Below are positions 29,804 through 44,165 of a stretch of 64,000 nt of DNA, piece after piece. The notes beneath the pieces are model-generated. The model ran no database searches, was not told where the DNA came from, and saw nothing but the letters and a program-made list of their open reading frames with translations. Positions within the stretch are counted from its first letter, which is position 1, and each line of letters opens with the position of its first letter. Position numbers and translations under genes: made by a program. This DNA is from Candidatus Poribacteria bacterium (GTDB lineage Bacteria; Poribacteria; WGA-4E; WGA-3G): positions 2,656,001-2,720,000 of the forward strand of contig OZ219753.1 in NCBI GenBank assembly GCA_964291315.2. Reading direction: 5' to 3'.

Positions 29804-31441
29804 ATGTCAGAAACCTACATACCAATTTCACAAATAAACACCTACGTTTTTTGTCCGAGGCGGTTCTATTACGAATCCGTTGAAGGACATCAGGCAGTCA
29901 ACGACCATGTTGAAGAGGGAAAAATCAAACATGAGAACGTCCATACCACAGTAACCGACAGACGCAAGGCGGACAAAATTGTCTCTCGACGGCAGTACCT
30001 CGCCTCTGACAGACTCGGTGTCTCCGGCTACACCGATTTGGTAGAAGAGAAAGAGGGTATTCCGTATCCGGTGGAATTCAAAAAAGCAGGGATGGGAAAC
30101 TGGTTGAACGATCAGGTTCAACTCTGTTTGCAAGGATTGCTACTAGAGGAAAAAACAGGCGTTTCGATTCCACACGGTTACATTTTCTACATCGGCTCCA
30201 AACGGAGACGCAAAGTCCCATTTGATAAGGAATTGCGGGCAGCAACGCGCCGCTATGTAGAAGAGGCACGCACCTTACTCAACTCACGAAAGATTCCCAA
30301 GCCTGTACACGACAACCGATGTAACGGGTGTAGTGTTCGTCCAATTTGTCTGCCTGACGAGGTCGCATACCTCCAACAGTTAGATGAACGTCCCAAGCGT
30401 ATCAAACCTGCACTCGGTATTGATAATGTCTTATATGTTGACGAACACGGGTGTGCTATCAAAAAGACGGGCGAACGCATCTTAGTTACGAAAAAGAACG
30501 AAATCCTACGCGACATTCCGCTTATCCATCTTGGACAGGTCGTTATTTCTGGAAACGTTCACCTTACCACCCCGGCGATGCAAACGCTCTTGCACGAAGG
30601 CATACCTGTTGTCTTTCTTTCCGCCTACGGACGCTACCACGGGGCCCTAACACCACAAATCTCTCGAAATTCGATTTTACGGTTTGCACAACATCGGGTT
30701 GCGAATGATATGGAGGCATGTCTCAGCCTCTCAAAAGCGTTCGTTCGCGGAAAATTGACGAACATGCGAACAATGTTGCAACGCCGGAAATGGCAAGCAA
30801 CCGAAAAAACAACCGCCGCCTTGGAACCACTACTGACAAATATTGAGGCGATCCAATCAATGGAGAAACGTGCTAACACAGCAACAGAACTTCCGCAGTT
30901 ATTAGGAATGGAAGGAAACGCCTCTGCTGCTTATTTCCGATCCTTTAATTTCATGCTCAAGCCAGAGTTAGGCTTTGATTTCCAGCGTAGAAGTCGCCGA
31001 CCCCCTGCAGATCCAACTAATGCCCTGCTGAGCCTCGCGTACTCGCTCCTGACGGCAGATCTCATGTCTGCAATTCAGACAGTAGGACTTGATCCGTACG
31101 TCGGTTTTTTTCACCAATTGAAGTATGGAAAACCTTGCCTTGCACTCGATCTGATGGAGGAATTTCGCCCTATTATTGCAGATTCCGTGGTCATTACCCT
31201 AATCAATAACCGGCGTATTAAACCAGAGGATTTCACACAATCCCACGATGGATGGTATCTGAAACCGCATCGCTGTAAAGTTTTTTATGCAGCTTATGAA
31301 ACTCGAAAGAATGAGACGATTACACACCCGCTCTTTAAATACAAACTCACGTTTCGCCGGGCAATGGAGTTACAGGTCCGTTTGCTTGCAAAATATCTAA
31401 CTGGCGAGATTGAGCAATATACACCGCTGACAATTCGCTAA
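29804..31441 (+). CDS. cas1: Cas4-Cas1 fusion
   Basis: N-terminal Cas4 (FCPRR, D-LVE, VEFK, CNGCSVRPIC) fused to Cas1 (GMEG, NALLSLAY, LDLMEEFRP). Confidence 0.93.
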   Translation: MSETYIPISQINTYVFCPRRFYYESVEGHQAVNDHVEEGKIKHENVHTTVTDRRKADKIVSRRQYLASDRLGVSGYTDLVEEKEGIPYPVEFKKAGMGNWLNDQVQLCLQGLLLEEKTGVSIPHGYIFYIGSKRRRKVPFDKELRAATRRYVEEARTLLNSRKIPKPVHDNRCNGCSVRPICLPDEVAYLQQLDERPKRIKPALGIDNVLYVDEHGCAIKKTGERILVTKKNEILRDIPLIHLGQVVISGNVHLTTPAMQTLLHEGIPVVFLSAYGRYHGALTPQISRNSILRFAQHRVANDMEACLSLSKAFVRGKLTNMRTMLQRRKWQATEKTTAALEPLLTNIEAIQSMEKRANTATELPQLLGMEGNASAAYFRSFNFMLKPELGFDFQRRSRRPPADPTNALLSLAYSLLTADLMSAIQTVGLDPYVGFFHQLKYGKPCLALDLMEEFRPIIADSVVITLINNRRIKPEDFTQSHDGWYLKPHRCKVFYAAYETRKNETITHPLFKYKLTFRRAMELQVRLLAKYLTGEIEQYTPLTIR

Positions 31442-31527
31442 CACTAGAGCATGCCAGAGCGGAAAAAGACTAGAAACCTGAAAAGTGAGAATGGGCATCC
31501 GCGGAAAAATTTAATGAGGAATCACTT

Positions 31528-31800
31528 ATGCATTACACCGTCGCTTACGACATCACCGATGACAAACGTCGAAACAGAGTTGCTAAAATTCTCAAGGACT
31601 TTGGAAACCGCATTCAATACAGCGTCTTCGAATTTAATACTGATCGGCGCGCGCTTTTGCGGCTGCGAAATAAATTAGAAAAGATAATTGATTTCCGAGA
31701 AGACACTATTACCTTTTACCATCTCTGTACAGCTTGTGAAAGACGAATTGACCGCATAGGTTTGAAAAAAGGCCTTGACAAACAATCATATATTGTGTAG
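31528..31800 (+). CDS. cas2: CRISPR-associated endonuclease Cas2
   Basis: VAYDITDDKRR, RIQYSVFE. Confidence 0.96.
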   Translation: MHYTVAYDITDDKRRNRVAKILKDFGNRIQYSVFEFNTDRRALLRLRNKLEKIIDFREDTITFYHLCTACERRIDRIGLKKGLDKQSYIV

Positions 31801-31999
31801 AATATAGAGAAGGGTTTAATGCCATGAGCGGAAGGAGACGCAAAAACCTCGCTCCCTCACAGATAGGCAGAAACACTTATCGGCAGGGCTTTGAATCAAT
31901 CTGTTGGACATTTCTATCATCTGTGTGCATCCGAAAATTCTTCGCTCACAGAATCGGATTGGATCAAAACCCATATGGCAAGGCACCAGAAGGGGCGGA
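31801..31999 (+). promoter_or_regulatory. CRISPR leader
   Basis: Non-coding segment between cas2 and the first perfect repeat; the degenerate repeat is at the far end. Confidence 0.75.
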
Positions 32000-34900
32000 C
32001 TTGAAATAATAAGAAACTCGATTACGAGATTGAAACAATCTATCGCGGTGAGATTGCCTTGCAGGTATTCGTTGACTTGAAATAATAAGAAACTCGATTA
32101 CGAGATTGAAACTCGGTTGGCATGGTGGCTTCGTTGGTCAGATGCCATGCATGGCTTGAAATAATAAGAAACTCGATTACGAGATTGAAACGTCTGTCAA
32201 ATGACTTTATTGGTTGTCCAATATTCCCTTGAAATAATAAGAAACTCGATTACGAGATTGAAACTGATTCGAAGTGAGTGGTAATCAATACAATCTTTTT
32301 CTTCACTTGAAATAATAAGAAACTCGATTACGAGATTGAAACCAGTCCCAAAATCTCGAACATGTCTTCGAGTTCTTGCTTGAAATAATAAGAAACTCGA
32401 TTACGAGATTGAAACATACGTGATTAAAAAGGTTCAGTAGGTGCGAGGTGTCTTGAAATAATAAGAAACTCGATTACGAGATTGAAACTGTATAAAGCCG
32501 ATACGGCGCAGTTGTCGTGGCGTTTTGGACTTGAAATAATAAGAAACTCGATTACGAGATTGAAACAGTGTCCTACTGAATCCTAAACTTTCAATAACAT
32601 TACGACTTGAAATAATAAGAAACTCGATTACGAGATTGAAACTATAGTGAGTAAAGCCTTTATGGTGGCGAGTTGACAAACTTGAAATAATAAGAAACTC
32701 GATTACGAGATTGAAACTAATATATCTATAGAAAATCAAGACAAGGTAAGTCTACTTGAAATAATAAGAAACTCGATTACGAGATTGAAACTGTACTGCT
32801 CACGCCGCCAATCTACTGCCTGTTTCCTTGAAATAATAAGAAACTCGATTACGAGATTGAAACATACGCTTGCTCATATATGCCAAAGATTGTGCCTTCT
32901 AACTTGAAATAATAAGAAACTCGATTACGAGATTGAAACAATCAAGAAGACGCAGCGAAAGAAATACCGTGGCTTAAACTTGAAATAATAAGAAACTCGA
33001 TTACGAGATTGAAACTAATTATTATCAACAGAAAAAGGCGATGCCCGCACGCTTGAAATAATAAGAAACTCGATTACGAGATTGAAACTATGCAAAAACA
33101 GCGCTACGTTGTAGTACACGTATAAACTTGAAATAATAAGAAACTCGATTACGAGATTGAAACGTATGCTTTGCGCTATTGTTTTATATGCTTATATTAT
33201 CTTGAAATAATAAGAAACTCGATTACGAGATTGAAACGCTTCGCTGGTCAGATGCCCCGCACGGTTGCCTTCTTGAAATAATAAGAAACTCGATTACGAG
33301 ATTGAAACGTATAATATATCTTAAGAAAAAGACAAGGTAAGTCTATACTTGAAATAATAAGAAACTCGATTACGAGATTGAAACAAGGTCACTGTAGACG
33401 TAGCGGTATATCCAGTGATATCTTGAAATAATAAGAAACTCGATTACGAGATTGAAACTTCTCTGAAATACGATGTAAGTTCGGCTTTGATGCCGTCACT
33501 TGAAATAATAAGAAACTCGATTACGAGATTGAAACATATCCAGTCCAACCGACGGCATTCCCCAACCACCCCACTTGAAATAATAAGAAACTCGATTACG
33601 AGATTGAAACCGTATTTAAAACATTGGGGGGTTTGGGGGGGTTTCACTTGAAATAATAAGAAACTCGATTACGAGATTGAAACGATGAATTGATCCAACA
33701 TCAACTCATCGTTGAGACTGCTTGAAATAATAAGAAACTCGATTACGAGATTGAAACCTAAAAGATCGCCTTGCTCAATTTGAAAGCAGCAGCTTGAAAT
33801 AATAAGAAACTCGATTACGAGATTGAAACTTAAATGCCGCCCAAGTCGATCGTCCGGCCGTTTTGCTTGAAATAATAAGAAACTCGATTACGAGATTGAA
33901 ACTTTAGCGAAAGAAAAATAGGTATGGATACCACAGGGAACGCCCCTTGAAATAATAAGAAACTCGATTACGAGATTGAAACGCATCCAACCGACTTCGG
34001 ATAACAAAATACGGACTTTCCTTGAAATAATAAGAAACTCGATTACGAGATTGAAACTTTGATGCTAGAGATAGGGGGCATGCCGTGTTTGATTTCTTGA
34101 AATAATAAGAAACTCGATTACGAGATTGAAACTTATGCTTGCAAGGTTTGAGACGCTCATGAAGTTGCCGCTGACTTGAAATAATAAGAAACTCGATTAC
34201 GAGATTGAAACAATACAAGAGGGCGTCGTTTTAAACGATGTCCTCTCACCTAAGCTTGAAATAATAAGAAACTCGATTACGAGATTGAAACATACATATA
34301 GCAAAATTTATGCTATTGTAAAAATAGCACTTGAAATAATAAGAAACTCGATTACGAGATTGAAACAATAGCATTTTGCAAATTTTGTATAAGCGTTTGC
34401 TTATTCTTGAAATAATAAGAAACTCGATTACGAGATTGAAACTGAATTAGAATACACGACAGCAGACGAATCCCAAGAACTCTTGAAATAATAAGAAACT
34501 CGATTACGAGATTGAAACTTCAACGAGGCGGATGCCTTCGGGCATTTCCTCTCCTGCTTGAAATAATAAGAAACTCGATTACGAGATTGAAACTCTGGAG
34601 GCGTTTCGCATATCCTCGCAGGTGCTCTGCCTCGAACTTCTTGAAATAATAAGAAACTCGATTACGAGATTGAAACTTATTAGGCGAAGCAGAGCGTGTT
34701 CCCCCAACACCGACTTGAAATAATAAGAAACTCGATTACGAGATTGAAACATGGGGAGGGAGACGACTTGCCCTCCGTGCCGTCTCCTTGAAATAATAAG
34801 AAACTCGATTACGAGATTGAAACACATAGATACCGGCACCGATTGCACGGTGGCGGAACCTCCTTGAAACTTGAAATAATAAGAAACTCGATTACGAGAT

Positions 34901-36790
34901 TGAAACAAGTTCTTTGAGTTGGTCAGTCAATCGCTTCGGGCGTCCAACTTGAAATAATAAGAAACTCGATTACGAGATTGAAACCATGTTTCCAGTCTCT
35001 CCATACCTCTAAGATCTCACTTGAAATAATAAGAAACTCGATTACGAGATTGAAACCGAGTCAACGGACGGGAGACACAATTCCGAAGCAAACTTGAAAT
35101 AATAAGAAACTCGATTACGAGATTGAAACATGTATATCGTAGGTTATATCGGTGTACCTCCCAAAATACTTGAAATAATAAGAAACTCGATTACGAGATT
35201 GAAACTGTTGTGAGCGTAGTCTGAGAGCGTTGGCAGACTACTTGAAATAATAAGAAACTCGATTACGAGATTGAAACCTGTGTTGTGTGCCTCAACTATA
35301 TTTAGCATTTTTCTTGAAATAATAAGAAACTCGATTACGAGATTGAAACTTCATAGCGAAGACTTTAATAGAGACTCGGCCGTCCCCTTGAAATAATAAG
35401 AAACTCGATTACGAGATTGAAACGGTACTTTTTCGGATATAAAAGCCGTTTGGATGCGTCTTGAAATAATAAGAAACTCGATTACGAGATTGAAACGTAG
35501 TTTTCAATAAGCGAGTTGACATAGTTAACGATCTTGAAATAATAAGAAACTCGATTACGAGATTGAAACTTTTTTTTCTTTTCTTTCGCATCGGCTTTGA
35601 CCAACTTGAAATAATAAGAAACTCGATTACGAGATTGAAACCGGTCGTGCAAAACCTTGACGGCGATTAGAAAAGTCTTCTTGAAATAATAAGAAACTCG
35701 ATTACGAGATTGAAACTTGGATCATCTGGCTGTCCATGCCAGTCAGGGCGTTGACTTGAAATAATAAGAAACTCGATTACGAGATTGAAACCCTGAAGCA
35801 TCGCGAACACCCACGTTGTTACCCCGACACTTGAAATAATAAGAAACTCGATTACGAGATTGAAACCCTAAAAGCAGTGAAGGAAAATCATTTGAAGTGG
35901 CACTCTTGAAATAATAAGAAACTCGATTACGAGATTGAAACTGCTGGCATTGATGCGATTGGCTATTGCGAAGATTTCTCTTGAAATAATAAGAAACTCG
36001 ATTACGAGATTGAAACTTTTTGTAGGGCCTTTAATGGATCTTTTGCTTCTTTTCTTGAAATAATAAGAAACTCGATTACGAGATTGAAACAAATTCAATA
36101 GAGAAGTTATTGGCGTTTGTCACCCGATAACTTGAAATAATAAGAAACTCGATTACGAGATTGAAACGGTGGTTAATCCCATATCGTCCAGTTTGAATTT
36201 GACTTCGCTTGAAATAATAAGAAACTCGATTACGAGATTGAAACGACATGGTTGGGGATTTAACACAAGGGGGATTAACACTACTTGAAATAATAAGAAA
36301 CTCGATTACGAGATTGAAACGCTACCCTTTGCGAATTCGCAACCTGCGCCGATTGCCGCTTGAAATAATAAGAAACTCGATTACGAGATTGAAACTTGTT
36401 GTTCGCCCGCGGGTCCGGCCTGCGTCCTGTGCGCTTGAAATAATAAGAAACTCGATTACGAGATTGAAACTTATATGCTATATTGTCCGAAGTGTCGGCG
36501 TCATGCCCTTGAAATAATAAGAAACTCGATTACGAGATTGAAACTCTGTCCCTTCATTGTCACCGGTTGCACTCGTAGCGATGCCTTGAAATAATAAGAA
36601 ACTCGATTACGAGATTGAAACTCTAATGTCGTTGCCCGAATGTGTCGGCACAGGAACGGAGACTTGAAATAATAAGAAACTCGATTACGAGATTGAAACG
36701 CAGGGACAAAGCGGATGGAGGAGCAGGGAAAGAGACCTTGAAGGGAAAGAGACCTTGAAATAATAAGAAACTCGATTATGAAATTGAAGT
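32000..36790 (+). CRISPR. CRISPR array, 37-nt repeat CTTGAAATAATAAGAAACTCGATTACGAGATTGAAAC, about 64 repeats and 63 spacers of roughly 34-46 nt (manual count)
   Basis: Identical repeats with a CTCG/CGAG hairpin and ATTGAAAC 3' end; terminal degenerate repeat at 36754-36790. Confidence 0.99.
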
Positions 36791-37137
36791 AATTGTGTAG
36801 GTAGGTAGAAAGACCTTCAGTAGTGTCAGCAGTTTTCGGAGAACAGCCCAGTTTTCCCCGGGCTCGTGTTAGGTGGGTTTGTCGTAACGGCCTTCTGCGG
36901 ACCGATAGCGATTCTCTTCAGCGTGGAGCAGGATCGTATACCACGATTAATTTGTAGACCCATATAATAGATAAGGTTCCCTAACCTCAATGGACTTTTT
37001 TAGAACACTGATATAAAATGCGACCTACTACCAAGCAAAAGTCACCACTGAAAAGTTGATTAAAATCATCGCTGTCCTTTGCTTTCCAACTCTCTTGTAG
37101 AAACCAATTCTGCCGGCCACTGACAGCCGACACCCCT

Positions 37138-38217
37138 TCAATCTATCTCCCACTCCTTCAAACCGAGCGGTAGCGGGGCGGGACGTTCCGTTATGCTTTC
37201 TATCGCAACATGCTGTCCTGTTTCGGAAGATTTGTCAAAGGCGCACATCACCTCAAGCACGTGATACGCCAGCGCACCGCTTGCACGATGCATACGTCCC
37301 GATTGGATTGCCGACACCATATCAATAACGCCAATCATCCGGGCGTTGTTTGGAAAAGCAATTTCCTCTGTTGCCCAGTCACCACCTGCAGGACAGACAT
37401 TTACAGGACCGCCAAATCCGTTCGGATCAGGGACTGTCATTGACCCGGTCTCTCCGTAAATTTCAATGCAAGGTAGACTGTGCCGCCACATATCGAAACT
37501 CATAATCATTGTGATAAGCGCACCGTTCTGAAATTCAAGTATGCCGGTGAGATGTGTTGTGACTTTAACAGGAATACACAAGCCGCGGACGGCTTGACTC
37601 GTTGCCACGCGCTCTTCAAACGCTTTCGTCGTAATCGCTGCAACACGTTTGACCGGACCGAGGATATTAACAAGAGCTGTCACGTAGTAAGGTCCCATAT
37701 CTAACATCGGCCCCCCGCCGATGTCATAATAGAAAGCCGGGTTCGGATGCCAGCTTTCGTGTCCGTGGCCACACATAAATGCAGTGCCTGCAATGGGGCT
37801 GCCAATTTTTCCCGCATCCAGTGCTTGCCGTGATGTTTGGATTCCTGCCCCCAGGAAGGTATCCGGGGCCGAGCCGACGCGGAGTCCTTTTTCTGCTGCA
37901 GCGTCAATCAGCTGTTTCCCGCTTTCGACATCGACACCGAGCGACTTTTCACTGTAGACGTGTTTGCCCGCTTCTAAAACTTGCAAACCGACATCGACGT
38001 GTGCTCTCGGAATGGTGAGGTTAACGACCAATTCGATCTCCGGGTCTGTAAGCAGTTCCTCCACACTGCATGCGTGGGCACCGTATTTTTCGGCTTGTGC
38101 CTGTGCCGCCCCCATTCGGAGATCAGCACAGGCTTTAATCTCTAAGAGGTTCGTTTTTCGCGCCCCCTCAAAATAGGCACTGCTGATTGTTCCACAACCA
38201 ATAATTCCAATTTTCAT
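37138..38217 (-). CDS. Gfo/Idh/MocA family oxidoreductase
   Basis: GIIGCGTIS, GKHVYSEK, GGGPMLDMGPYY. Confidence 0.92.
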   Translation of the reverse strand: MKIGIIGCGTISSAYFEGARKTNLLEIKACADLRMGAAQAQAEKYGAHACSVEELLTDPEIELVVNLTIPRAHVDVGLQVLEAGKHVYSEKSLGVDVESGKQLIDAAAEKGLRVGSAPDTFLGAGIQTSRQALDAGKIGSPIAGTAFMCGHGHESWHPNPAFYYDIGGGPMLDMGPYYVTALVNILGPVKRVAAITTKAFEERVATSQAVRGLCIPVKVTTHLTGILEFQNGALITMIMSFDMWRHSLPCIEIYGETGSMTVPDPNGFGGPVNVCPAGGDWATEEIAFPNNARMIGVIDMVSAIQSGRMHRASGALAYHVLEVMCAFDKSSETGQHVAIESITERPAPLPLGLKEWEID

Positions 38218-38344
38218 TATTATATGTGCCTTTCAAGAACTTTAGCGTAACGTAAACTCGATGTAGTGCAGCCAGATCTATATGTATATGGATTGAATCT
38301 ATGCACCACCGCGTGCCCAAAATGTAGCTTGTTCTTACGTAATG

Positions 38345-40315
<1,971 letters not shown>

Positions 40316-40718
40316 TCAGTTTATACTCATCTTCATCTGTCCATGCATCCATTCAAATTGTTGCAAGACATGCTTTTCGGACAGCAGTAGGATACGTTTC
40401 ATATCAAAAAAGAAAAACAGTGAAATTAAACTCTTCATATTTTGTTCTATTTAACATGTTAACACAAGTTCCATATTTTCGCAAATCGAAGGATAACGGC
40501 GACGGGGTTGTTCAGTTGACTGCCGAAAGCCGGTAATGCGAAAAATAGTTGACAGATTACAAATCTATTGTTACGCTAATTGAAAATTAAGACACCGTTT
40601 GTTGTCCATGTAAAGATGCATCGGTTAACAGAAATATGCCCTTTGCCATGGAGCAAACCTACGTCTTGCAGTACGGGGAACCTGCAAGCAATGCCCTGCA
40701 GCCCCTCAAAATGGAGAA

Positions 40719-42908
40719 ATGAGCATGGGAAACCGGATAGAAGTCGGTGGCCTCAGAATAGATGAAGATTTATATGCGTTAGTGAGAGACGATATCGCGC
40801 CTGGTACCGGGATAGAAGCAGAGGACTTCTGGGAAGCATTCAGCGACATCGTTGAAACGTTCGCGCCAGAGAATAAGAAGCTCTTGGAAAAACGGGACGA
40901 TCTCCAGCAGCAGATTGACGCGTGGCATCTGGCACGCAAAGGTCAGCCGATTGACGGTGAAACGTATAAAACGTTTCTTGTCGATATAGGCTACCTGCTC
41001 CCTGAAGGACAAGACTTTGCTGTAATTACAGAGAATGTTGATACGGAGATTTCGCTCATCGCCGGTCCACAATTAGTCGTCCCGACTGATAACGCCCGCT
41101 ATGCCTTGAACGCTGCGAATGCGCGTTGGGGAAGCCTCTACGATGCACTCTACGGCACCGATGTGATTGATGAATCAGACGGGGCTACACGAGATGCTAT
41201 CTACAATCCTGTTCGCGGCGCGAAAGTCGTCGCGTATACCGAGCAGTTTTTAGATGAAATGACCGGGTTGGAAACTGGTAGCTTCTCTGACGTTACTCAG
41301 TTTTCCCTAGGAAATTTTCTTGGCGAGCAACGGTTACGCGCCACGCTCAGTGATGGCAGCGAGGTCGGATTAGCAGACCCTACCAAGTTCGTGGGTTTTA
41401 CAGAAAATAAAGGTGAACTGAGTGCCTTTCTGCTTCGGAACCACGGGCTTCACATCGAAGTTCGGATAGACCGAGAACATCCGGTCGGAAACACACATCC
41501 TGCTGGTGTCTACGATGTTATTCTTGAGTCGGCTATCACAACTATTCAAGATTGCGAAGATTCCGTCGCAGCTGTGGATGCAGCAGATAAAATGCGCGTT
41601 TATAGAAACTGGAACGGTATCATGAAAGGGACATTGCAGGCGACGTTTGAAAAAAACGGCAGGATGTTGACTCGTCGCCTCGCCTCCGATAAAACCTTTA
41701 CTGCACCTAACGGAGGCACATTGACGTTACCAGGCAGGAGCCTCCTTCTAATTCGGAATGTCGGACTCCACATGTACACAGATGCTGTCACAACTGCGGA
41801 AGGTGAGGAAATTCCGGAAGGCATCTTAGATGCAATGGTAACCTCCCTGGCGGCAATGCATGACATTCAACGAAATGGTCCCCACACGAACAGCAAAACG
41901 GGGAGTATCTACATCGTCAAACCCAAGTTCCACGGTCCCGAAGAAGTAGATATGACAGTTCGGATTTTTGGGTGGATAGAATCCGCACTCGGACTCCTAA
42001 CGAATACCATTAAAATTGGGATTATGGATGAGGAACGGCGGACGACTGTCAATCTCAAAGAGGCAATTCGGGTGGCACAAGAACGACTCGTCTTTATTAA
42101 CACAGGGTTCTTGGATAGAACCGGCGACGAAATCCATACAAGCATGGAAGCGGGACCCGTAATTCCGAAAATGGAGATTCGCGACGCATCTTGGATGCTT
42201 GCATACGAAGATTGGAATGTCGATGTCGGAATAGAAACTGATTTGCCTGGGACTGCTCAGATTGGAAAAGGGATGTGGACCAAACCCGATCAGATGGCAG
42301 AAATGATGGAAACAAAGGTGAATCATCCATTAGCCGGAGCGACCACGGCATGGGTGCCCTCTCCAACAGCAGCAACGCTTCATGCAATACACTACCACCG
42401 GGTTGACATCGCGAACCGGATACAGGAACTTTCCACAAGGCAACGCGCCAGTTTAGCGGAGCTGTTGAAACCACCTCTGTTAGAAAAACGCGTATTGCGA
42501 GTCGATGAAATTCAGCGTGAATTAGATAACAACGCCCAAGGTATCTTGGGATACGTTGTCCGGTGGGTGGATCAAGGTATCGGCTGCTCGAAAATCCTCG
42601 ATATTAACAACATCGGTTTGATGGAGGATCGGGCGACCCTCCGGATTTCGAGTCAACATATTGCTAATTGGCTCCACCATGGAATTGTTACGAAGGAGCA
42701 GGTAACCGAAACTTTCCAACGCATGGCAAGCATCGTTGACCAACAGAACTCCGGGGACCCGAGTTATCGGGACATGGCACCCAATTACGCCACAAGTGTG
42801 GCCTTCCAAGCTGCTTTAGACTTGGTTTTTAAGGGGTGCAAGCTCCCGAACGGATATACAGAATTTGTACTCCATCCGCGGCGGCGAGAAGTCAAGGCAG
42901 GTAGTTAA
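40719..42908 (+). CDS. glcB: Malate synthase G
   Basis: [47 protein letters not shown]. Confidence 0.97.
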   Translation: MSMGNRIEVGGLRIDEDLYALVRDDIAPGTGIEAEDFWEAFSDIVETFAPENKKLLEKRDDLQQQIDAWHLARKGQPIDGETYKTFLVDIGYLLPEGQDFAVITENVDTEISLIAGPQLVVPTDNARYALNAANARWGSLYDALYGTDVIDESDGATRDAIYNPVRGAKVVAYTEQFLDEMTGLETGSFSDVTQFSLGNFLGEQRLRATLSDGSEVGLADPTKFVGFTENKGELSAFLLRNHGLHIEVRIDREHPVGNTHPAGVYDVILESAITTIQDCEDSVAAVDAADKMRVYRNWNGIMKGTLQATFEKNGRMLTRRLASDKTFTAPNGGTLTLPGRSLLLIRNVGLHMYTDAVTTAEGEEIPEGILDAMVTSLAAMHDIQRNGPHTNSKTGSIYIVKPKFHGPEEVDMTVRIFGWIESALGLLTNTIKIGIMDEERRTTVNLKEAIRVAQERLVFINTGFLDRTGDEIHTSMEAGPVIPKMEIRDASWMLAYEDWNVDVGIETDLPGTAQIGKGMWTKPDQMAEMMETKVNHPLAGATTAWVPSPTAATLHAIHYHRVDIANRIQELSTRQRASLAELLKPPLLEKRVLRVDEIQRELDNNAQGILGYVVRWVDQGIGCSKILDINNIGLMEDRATLRISSQHIANWLHHGIVTKEQVTETFQRMASIVDQQNSGDPSYRDMAPNYATSVAFQAALDLVFKGCKLPNGYTEFVLHPRRREVKAGS

Positions 42909-43034
42909 ACCGAATTAGGCGGGGCTTCTCAACCTCGCCTCTCTTGGGTGTTTTTCGCTGTCTTTGTTCAATCCGCTCTACATCTGTTCCAATTCCCTAA
43001 AAACCAACAACTAACAACCGAGAGGCGACGGCTC

Positions 43035-43892
43035 TTACGAGTCCAACTTATAAAATCTGATGGCATTGTCGCGGAAGAGATTCTGTAACTCCTCAGGAGT
43101 GCAGCCTGAGACCGCCTTTTGTAAGGTCCGTACCCACCGCGGATAATCGGTCGCTTGTGTGGAAACAGGCCAGTCACTCCCGTATATGACGCGGTCGAAA
43201 CCGAAACAGGTGATGACATGCTCAATATACGGTTGTAGATCGGCGGGCGTCCATGCTTCAAAATCCGCTTCTGTTACCAATCCTGATATTTTGCAGTAGA
43301 CGTTCGGAAACCCTGCAAGCGTCCGAATTTCCTGTTTCCACGGATCAAACAGTTGGGCTTTGATGTTAGGTTTACCGATATGGTCTAAGATAAATTGTAC
43401 CTGTGGACACTGTTCTACAAGCCGAATCACATTGGCAAGTTGTGGATGAAAAATACAGATGTCGAAACTCAATTCGTAGCATGAGAGTTTTTTTACGCCG
43501 CTCATGAAGTCAGGCTGAACGCAGAAATCAATGCTTTCGGATTGAATGAGTCGGCGAACGCCTTTGACAAGTGGATTCTCTGCCAATGTCTCGACAAAAG
43601 GTGTGACCTGCTCCCCCTCTTCAAGGGGTGCCCACGCCACAATACCCTGAATCCGAGGTTCTACTGTTGTTGCAAACGAAGTAACCCATGTTGTCTCTCT
43701 CAAGCCATCATCGGGGTGTGTATCGCATTGTACAAAGACGATAGATTCAATATTCAGTTCGCCAGAGGCATCAACGTAATCTGTTAGGAGATACGGTCTA
43801 TTTAGGGAAGGGACTTCCGAAAGCCAAGGATACCTCAAGTGCTCTGGCTGCCATAAATGAACGTGTGTGTCGACGATTGGGAATTTCTCCAT
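43035..43892 (-). CDS. Amidohydrolase family protein (L-fuconolactonase-like)
   Basis: DTHVHLW, LDHIGKP, YGSDWPV; AGGAG SD supports ATG 43892. Confidence 0.88.
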   Translation of the reverse strand: MEKFPIVDTHVHLWQPEHLRYPWLSEVPSLNRPYLLTDYVDASGELNIESIVFVQCDTHPDDGLRETTWVTSFATTVEPRIQGIVAWAPLEEGEQVTPFVETLAENPLVKGVRRLIQSESIDFCVQPDFMSGVKKLSCYELSFDICIFHPQLANVIRLVEQCPQVQFILDHIGKPNIKAQLFDPWKQEIRTLAGFPNVYCKISGLVTEADFEAWTPADLQPYIEHVITCFGFDRVIYGSDWPVSTQATDYPRWVRTLQKAVSGCTPEELQNLFRDNAIRFYKLDS

Positions 43893-44165
43893 CCCGTTAC
43901 TCCTGTTTCGTGTGCGGTTTCCGCCTATTTTAATCTTTCCTTTTGAAATTGTCAACCTTTTTTTAGGGAGGATATGGAAAGGTTTCGGCAGCGGATTTTC
44001 AAATTAGGATTTTCCGGCTCGTGAGTAACGTTCAGGGTTAATGGCTGGCGGCACCCCGGCCTCCGGCTGCTAATTACCAGCTATCAACCCGCTACTAATA
44101 AAGTGTGGCAAAAAGTCAGAGGATATGGTAAACTGATACATATTCCAAATGGAGGTGTTAAAAAT

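Noticed and set aside
31451-32009. ORFs 31451-31678 and 31824-32009
   Set aside because: The first overlaps cas2 out of frame and the second lies in the CRISPR leader; no motifs.
34272-34406. Adjacent spacers sharing AATAGCA at their ends, suggesting tiled protospacers
   Set aside because: Only a 7-nt AT-rich overlap, and the implied PAM (AAA) does not fit GTN.
32434-36517. Several 60-110 aa ORFs (FNLVIEFLIISS / FQSRNRVSYYFK repeats)
   Set aside because: They are translations of CRISPR repeats and spacers, not genes.
40580-40718. Possible glycine riboswitch upstream of glcB
   Set aside because: Some hairpins are present, but the GGAGA, CGAAG and CTCTCAGG motifs are absent.
43975-44075. tRNA (for example tRNA-Sec) or 6S RNA call
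   Set aside because: No cloverleaf, T-loop or CCA, and no complementary arm for a 6S rod; kept only as a low-interest finding.
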